Positions 15,206 through 20,000 of a stretch of DNA of 20,000 nt are shown one piece after another. The position numbers were made by a program, and so were the translations under genes. Below the pieces are notes generated by a model that ran no database searches, was not told the DNA's origin, and saw only the letters and a list, made by a program, of their open reading frames with translations. Positions within the stretch are counted from its first letter, which is position 1. Every line of letters starts with the position of its first letter. Source of the stretch: an uncultured virus (IMG/VR IMGVR_UViG_3300032296_004100) (lineage: Duplodnaviria > Heunggongvirae > Uroviricota > Caudoviricetes); the IMG/VR virus record IMGVR_UViG_3300032296_004100; one strand, written 5' to 3'.

Positions 15206-15347
15206 AATACAACAAAGATACAACAAAAATTACTACCAAACTAATAAAGGCGATTTTATATCCTCCTTGAATTTTGTGTTTTGACCTACCTTGCCAATCC
15301 TCGGGGTTCCAAGATTCTTTCCAATTGTCAGAATATTTGTTTCTCAT
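15192..15347 (-). CDS. Small single-TM protein (51 aa); not in supplied ORF track
   Basis: MRNKYSDNWKESWNPEDWQGRSKHKIQGGYKIAFISLVVIFVVSLLYYVFN*. Confidence 0.6.
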   Translation of the reverse strand: MRNKYSDNWKESWNPEDWQGRSKHKIQGGYKIAFISLVVIFVVSLLYYVFN

Positions 15348-15376
15348 ATTTTTTTTAGTTATTACAGAATGACTTG

Positions 15377-15442
15377 TAGCCCGACGGGGAATCGAACCCC
15401 TGAGTGAAAACCAGGTGCTCTATCTATTTGAGCTAATATCCC
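15377..15442 (-). pseudogene. Chimeric/degenerate tRNA-Glu(UUC)-like element
   Basis: GGGATAT-TA-GCTC...GAGC-A-CCTGG-TTTTCAC-TCAGG-GGTTCGATTCCCC-GTCGGGCTA. D-arm, anticodon arm and T-loop are present, but the acceptor halves do not pair and the variable loop is missing. Confidence 0.6.
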
Positions 15443-15485
15443 TATTTGTTATTACAAATATAGAATAATAACATAAAAGACCAAA

Positions 15486-16268
15486 TTATTTTTCGATTCT
15501 TTTATTGAATGTGAAAACAGGATTTTGACAAAATCTTTGGTCGGTGACATAACATCGGTCTAAACCCATGATAATGTTGACATCATTTTCTAATGAAATT
15601 AATGGATGCAAGTCTTTTATCATTCCATGGAGTGAAACATGTTCCATCCAAAAATAAGCCAAAAAAGTTTTGATATATTTTTTTGGGACAACATTAAAAA
15701 CATTTCCAGTTACCCTATTGTATGTATTCCAAAACCAAAACTCGCTTCCCAATGATTCAACCATACTTTCTTTTTCATCCGTATAAAAACGAAAATCAGT
15801 CTCCGCCCACAAAAAGTTCATTTTGTTTTCGTTAATATTCAATTTTGAGATTGGGAGTTTGAATTGAGTGTCCGCCCTAACAAATACATACAAATCATAT
15901 TCGGGAATTTCATCGTGTAATTTAAGAAATCTTCCACCACTTCTGAAATTTCCAGGACCCCATTGCATGGGTACTTTTAATTGGTATAATTTACCAAGAA
16001 ACTTTAAATCTTGATTAGAGATTTCATCGTAACCCAAATCAATTGCATAATATTCCTCTTTGAATTGTTGAAAATATTTGTGTTTGTTTGTTACCAAAGC
16101 GGTATCAATCTTATAACCCAAATTCCTAAGAGGTTTGTATATCATTTTCTGATGATTTGGACGGTTGTCCCTCATGTCTACAGAATAAGTATACGAACCA
16201 CTATAGTCCAACACCTTTTCGGAATATCCATTTCCGATATAGATTACTAAACAAGTTTTATTAAACAT
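15486..16268 (-). CDS. Hypothetical protein, possibly glycan-modifying/glycosyltransferase-like
   Basis: 260-aa ORF. YDLYVFVRAD resembles YDxxxxxRxD motifs in phage sugar-modification proteins (weak). Confidence 0.6.
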   Translation of the reverse strand: MFNKTCLVIYIGNGYSEKVLDYSGSYTYSVDMRDNRPNHQKMIYKPLRNLGYKIDTALVTNKHKYFQQFKEEYYAIDLGYDEISNQDLKFLGKLYQLKVPMQWGPGNFRSGGRFLKLHDEIPEYDLYVFVRADTQFKLPISKLNINENKMNFLWAETDFRFYTDEKESMVESLGSEFWFWNTYNRVTGNVFNVVPKKYIKTFLAYFWMEHVSLHGMIKDLHPLISLENDVNIIMGLDRCYVTDQRFCQNPVFTFNKRIEK

Positions 16269-16304
16269 ACTTGTAGTAAAATAGTTATTTCTGCGGTAAA
16301 GTAA

Positions 16305-17246
16305 TTATATCTGTCCACCTTCAGCCGTATTTGCTTCGGGTTCATATAAATCCACCTCTACTGGGAAATCTCTTAATTCAGTTTGTATTGCTCGGACCAT
16401 TGGAGTTTCTTCCTGATACGACTTTTCAAGCTCTTTATAGAGAGAATAAGAAGTTTGCCACGATTGTTCATTGAGTTGCCTGTTAGTGAAAGAATCTTTT
16501 ACAAACAAAATGTTTTTTATTACATCCATAATCGCATTTGGTAATTCACACAACATGGAATCAACTCTGTCGTCAACCATATTCCAAAAACTTAATTCAG
16601 TGGTACTATCTTTATTTTTTTTATAATAAACCGCTATTTTTTTTCCGTTAATTTTATTGATACAATAGATAAGTTTCCCTTCTTCCGTATAAGAAAAAAA
16701 ATGAGCTTGGTAACTTTCAGAGGATGTACACCATTTAGTACCATAACCATACTTTTGAGATGCCTCGCCCGTGAATGGTCGAACAATTAACCATTCGTCG
16801 TCCTCATAATCTTTTATGGCTTGTTTTTGTAGCTTTTTTGAAATGTTTTTGAGTTGGATTAAACTCATTAACTCTGAAATTTCCGAAATGTCATTGACTT
16901 GTGTGACATCCACACCAGGTAATTGCTTGTTTTCGGTAGCCTCGATGAAATTTAACATCGTTTTAATCAAGTCAGAATCAAAACACCCTAAAAAATGATA
17001 AATCAAAGGGATTTGTTCGTCTGAAATATCTGGCAAAACAACATTATAACCATTACGCAACTCAGTATGAAGGTCGTTTAGATGGCGGGTTTTCAAATTT
17101 CTTTTACTGTAATTCTTCGTGAATAGTTTGACCATTAAAGGTGTAAACTTGTTGGTTTTACTTGGGTCAAGTAACATAATTAAATCCAACAAACTCAATT
17201 TCATGAAATCGGGTGCTTGTTCTACAATTTCAACTCGTTTTGCCAT
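16305..17246 (-). CDS. Conserved phage hypothetical protein, PcfJ-like C-terminal domain
   Basis: WLIVRPFTGEASQKYGYGTKWCTS...F.SY...GKLIY motif. Confidence 0.65.
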   Translation of the reverse strand: MAKRVEIVEQAPDFMKLSLLDLIMLLDPSKTNKFTPLMVKLFTKNYSKRNLKTRHLNDLHTELRNGYNVVLPDISDEQIPLIYHFLGCFDSDLIKTMLNFIEATENKQLPGVDVTQVNDISEISELMSLIQLKNISKKLQKQAIKDYEDDEWLIVRPFTGEASQKYGYGTKWCTSSESYQAHFFSYTEEGKLIYCINKINGKKIAVYYKKNKDSTTELSFWNMVDDRVDSMLCELPNAIMDVIKNILFVKDSFTNRQLNEQSWQTSYSLYKELEKSYQEETPMVRAIQTELRDFPVEVDLYEPEANTAEGGQI

Positions 17247-17320
17247 AATAAAATAATTTATTTAAACATAAGAAATAAAAAAGTCGCAGTCAAAGACTAT
17301 TTATAATAAGTTATTAAAAA

Positions 17321-18274
17321 ATGCCCACAGCTCGTCCTTTTGCTTATAATCCTGGTTCCCCTATTGCTGGAACTGAACAAGTTGGTGATATTGCCGTAGG
17401 TATAACCCCACAAAACTATTCGGGAGGATACGGAGGAGTCCGTTGGTGGAATGGGGCCGACGAAGACTTGGGATACATTATTTGTTATTCAGTTCCAACA
17501 GAGGACCACCCAAGCCCTGACGGACCAATTGCTGGTGTGGGATTTTTTAGGTCAAAATTTTTGACCGAACCATCTTTTATTGAAATTGCAGAATATGTTT
17601 CAAATGGACAAACATTTGCAACAGGAAGTGATGCCAAAACATGGTTGAATTCGAATGGTTATTGGACTTCTTGGCAAGAACCCGCAAATGGGATATTAAC
17701 AAGAGCTGTAGGAGTTTTTGATACTGTCACAGGCTCTACAATAGTAACTTTTTCAAGTTCTACATTCAGTATCTCAGGAAGTTCTTATCTACCTGTATTT
17801 GACGGAGAGTCCAAAGAATTTTCACATGGTGATATCGAAATTGGTGACACTTTAACTATAGGTCTTACAGGTACACCTTTCTATCTAGTCGCTCTAACAA
17901 AAAATTCAACTACATTCCTTCAACAAAGTTTTTGGTATACACCTGAAACTGGCGTCACATTTAACACAGCCGTGAGTACTGGAGATACTTTAACAGTATC
18001 GGTTGCAGTACGAGTTTATGAATATGAAAATCCTGGTATTGGTAGTTCAGCGATTGAGGCATGTAGTTCATATCCTACAATTACTTCGAGTAAATATAGT
18101 GTCTTTCCGTGGGGAGAATGGGGAGATGAATCCTACATATTCAACGACAGTCAATTCACATCCCCATTCACATCATCCTATGTTGCAAATATCGGATTTG
18201 GAACAAGTGCTGTTTATTGGAAAGAAACTGATTCTAACGGTAAGGTCATTTCTCAAGGAACTTGTCCAACATAA
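17321..18274 (+). CDS. Putative virion structural/fibre protein
   Basis: 317 aa, G/S/T/aromatic-rich and beta-like, apparently modular. TATTTATA at 17298-17305. Confidence 0.7.
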   Translation: MPTARPFAYNPGSPIAGTEQVGDIAVGITPQNYSGGYGGVRWWNGADEDLGYIICYSVPTEDHPSPDGPIAGVGFFRSKFLTEPSFIEIAEYVSNGQTFATGSDAKTWLNSNGYWTSWQEPANGILTRAVGVFDTVTGSTIVTFSSSTFSISGSSYLPVFDGESKEFSHGDIEIGDTLTIGLTGTPFYLVALTKNSTTFLQQSFWYTPETGVTFNTAVSTGDTLTVSVAVRVYEYENPGIGSSAIEACSSYPTITSSKYSVFPWGEWGDESYIFNDSQFTSPFTSSYVANIGFGTSAVYWKETDSNGKVISQGTCPT

Positions 18275-18644
18275 ACTTTCTGAGTTACCCTTTTCGGATT
18301 TCGTAAAAAAATATAAAGGTGAATATCCATTTTATCACAATCCACAGGAAATGGATTATGTTGAGCATAGTAAAAATAAAAAAATAAAAAAAATAATTCG
18401 TCAAGAAAACTTATATGATGACTTAACATCAATTGAATTCATAAATGGGAACGAAAATTTATTAGAAAAAAAACTTATCGATATCAAAAATAAAGTTAAA
18501 GTTTATAGAGGTGGAAAAATAAAAAAACTGGTGGATGGAAATCTTTATGATGAAGATTTAGCCAACATTATTTATTATAACAGAAGAAAATTTTTTGAGT
18601 TTGGTGGTTACGAAAAAGATTCTTGGATAAATTTAAAATATTAA
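18275..18644 (+). pseudogene. 5'-truncated sulfotransferase-family-like gene remnant
   Basis: FSDFV...HNPQEMDY...IIRQENLYDDL...LYDEDLANII......FEFGGY resembles the C-terminal half of Sulfotransfer_2 proteins. The N-terminal part of the listed ORF is the alternative frame of the upstream gene. Confidence 0.5.
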
Positions 18645-18648
18645 AAAG

Positions 18649-18752
18649 GCGTCGGGGTAGGAATCCCACCTACAATCGAGAACAACCTAAGATAGGTCTT
18701 GATGTTCTCCATCCAAAAATGGATGTGCCTTTGTCAATTCAGCCACCCGACT
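18649..18752 (-). ncRNA. tRNA-like element (AGTYRGG family) without anticodon loop
   Basis: GTCGGG/CCCGAC acceptor; D-arm-like GCTGAATTGACAAAGGC; CATCCA-TTTT-TGGATG; long arm GAGAACA...TGTTCTC; T-like arm GTAGG-TGGGATT-CCTAC. Confidence 0.7.
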
Positions 18753-18761
18753 AACCTATTT

Positions 18762-19304
18762 TTAATTTTTACCTGCACATTCAGTAACAACAAATCGTTC
18801 ACCAAATAATACGGGTGTTACCTCATGAAATAAACTACCTTTATAAAGAATTGCCATCCCCTTTTCTTTGGGCGTTATCACATCGTTGATAATTAACTCT
18901 CCACCTTTAAAGTTATCATTTAACATCAATGTCATAACCCATTCTCTATTAAATGAGGGGATAAAATCCTTGTGTTTAGTGTGTTTACCACCCAAAGGAT
19001 AATGAGTAAAATAATGTGGGAATTCCAAAATAAAATTTGTAAGAATACACCCAAAACATTTTGAAAAAATATCCGATAGAAAAGGTAAATCATTTTTTTT
19101 TATCCCAACAATATCAACAACTCTATTCGGAGCATTTATTCTTGTAATAGATTTTGAAGTAGTGTCCCACACATTTTTATCAATATCAATAAAAGAATTA
19201 AAACTATTCCAAAAGTTTAAAACACTTTGAATTTCATCATTAGAAATCACATTTCGGATTATTTTGAAATCACCATAGTCTTCTATATTTTTACAAATAT
19301 CCAT
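18762..19304 (-). CDS. 2OG-Fe(II) oxygenase
   Basis: HKD (HxD), LNDNFKGGEL and FHEVTPV..GERF (distal His and 2OG-binding Arg). Confidence 0.88.
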   Translation of the reverse strand: MDICKNIEDYGDFKIIRNVISNDEIQSVLNFWNSFNSFIDIDKNVWDTTSKSITRINAPNRVVDIVGIKKNDLPFLSDIFSKCFGCILTNFILEFPHYFTHYPLGGKHTKHKDFIPSFNREWVMTLMLNDNFKGGELIINDVITPKEKGMAILYKGSLFHEVTPVLFGERFVVTECAGKN

Positions 19305-19333
19305 TTGAAATTGTTTTGTAAATAATAAATTAA

Positions 19334-19495
19334 TTATTTTTTTTCTTCAATTTGAGACTCCATCAATTCAATTGCCTTTTTTAAGTGATTAACATAAAAA
19401 GGTATGTCAAATTTGTCTTCCTTTCCATATGATTTAACTGAATCTTGAACATATTTCAGTTCCCAAAGTATTTCATTTACGGTTTCTTTTGTCAT
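19334..19495 (-). CDS. Small hypothetical protein (53 aa); not in supplied ORF track
   Basis: MTKETVNEILWELKYVQDSVKSYGKEDKFDIPFYVNHLKKAIELMESQIEEKK*. Confidence 0.6.
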   Translation of the reverse strand: MTKETVNEILWELKYVQDSVKSYGKEDKFDIPFYVNHLKKAIELMESQIEEKK

Positions 19496-19511
19496 AATTT
19501 AATAATTTAAG

Positions 19512-19581
19512 TGGTCCGTGCGGGAATTTAAATCCCCACATCCGTTATCGGGCTATATTATAGCCGTTAAAGGAACGGGCC
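19512..19581 (-). pseudogene. Highly degenerate tRNA-like element
   Basis: Acceptor GGCCCGT/ACGGACC plus A; T-arm remnant GGGGA-TTTAAAT-TCCC; total length 70 nt. Internal arms are poor. Confidence 0.45.
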
Positions 19582-19669
19582 TTTGGTTAATGATAAGAAA
19601 TAGTTTCAAAGAAAGCTATTACCATTTTTTTTAAAAATAATTTAATTTTTTCCATATTAATAAGTATAG

Positions 19670-19747
19670 CAGTCAGGACAGGACTCGAACCTGCAATACC
19701 GGTTTGCCCATTCTTAGGGTACGTCTATCCAATTCCGCCACCTAACT
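19670..19747 (-). ncRNA. tRNA-like element (AGTYRGG family) with non-canonical anticodon arm
   Basis: AGTTAGG/CCTGACT; Leu-like D-arm GCGGAATTGGATAGACGT; CCC-TAAGAAT-GGG (no U33); GCAGG-TTCGAGT-CCTGT. Confidence 0.75.
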
Positions 19748-19751
19748 AAAT

Positions 19752-19853
19752 TTATAGTATTCCTCTTTGAACTAAATCAAGTATAACTATACCAAGTATA
19801 CCCCCGATAAAAAGTCCTAATAGGAAACCATTCCACCATTTTTCATTTTTCAT
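19752..19853 (-). CDS. Small single-TM protein (33 aa)
   Basis: MKNEKWWNGFLLGLFIGGILGIVILDLVQRGIL*. Start reassigned to 19853 because the longer listed ORF overlaps a tRNA-like element. Confidence 0.55.
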   Translation of the reverse strand: MKNEKWWNGFLLGLFIGGILGIVILDLVQRGIL

Positions 19854-19870
19854 AACTTCATTAATTTTAG

Positions 19871-19998
19871 TAGTCAGGACAGGATTCGAACCTGTATTGT
19901 ATTGTAAGTGAAAAACACCCATACATTTAGTATCGTAATTCATAACATACGACCTGTTCTTGTATAAATCTAAGCGTCTACCATTCCGCCACCTGACT
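19871..19998 (-). ncRNA. tRNA-like element (AGTYRGG family) with a 78-nt insert replacing the anticodon/variable arms
   Basis: AGTCAGG/CCTGACT plus A; D-arm GCGGAATGGTAGACGC; ACAGG-TTCGAAT-CCTGT. The middle has no canonical anticodon stem-loop. Confidence 0.78.
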
Positions 19999-20000
19999 AT

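Noticed and set aside
4091..17000. Other short listed ORFs nested in or antisense to long genes (e.g. 4091, 4227, 5606, 6252, 6758, 7217, 7749, 9374, 9925, 13386, 13721, 14873, 16011, 16816)
   Set aside because: Each overlaps a better-supported gene and shows no motif or initiation signal.
19896..19973. 78-nt insert as a tRNA-Leu anticodon-loop intron
   Set aside because: It is too short for a group I/II intron and has no core motifs. I could not find an excision that restores a canonical anticodon arm.
1..20000. Stop-codon reassignment (alternative genetic code)
   Set aside because: Genes are long and tightly packed under the standard code, TAA, TGA and TAG all end plausible ORFs, and no suppressor tRNA was seen.

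Overview
This window looks like a fragment of a large ('huge/jumbo'-type) tailed phage, probably infecting a Bacteroidota host. That is inferred from dense hypothetical genes, recurrent TAnnTTTG promoter motifs, a lack of obvious Shine-Dalgarno sites and a tRNA cluster. The left part (1-4910, minus strand) holds acidic or Pro/Thr-rich, probably virion-associated proteins, a Pol-beta-like nucleotidyltransferase and a KTSC protein. The middle holds a tandem-UVR protein divergent from an N-domain-less ClpC, an M20/M28 peptidase, and a tmRNA gene (10393-10994). The tmRNA T-loop is interrupted by a compact 194-nt group I intron with almost no P9, and it encodes an unusually long 21-aa tag. Next come a small lipoprotein, a YkgJ-like protein, tRNAs (Ser, Arg, Thr, Gly), a free-standing HNH endonuclease, a structured non-coding stretch and an M15-like peptidase. 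The right part holds a HAD RNA-repair-type protein, a 2OG-Fe(II) oxygenase, other accessory genes and several tRNA-like elements without a canonical anticodon arm. Three of these share an AGTYRGG acceptor stem and alternate with small ORFs. All calls were made by eye; no database searches were run.
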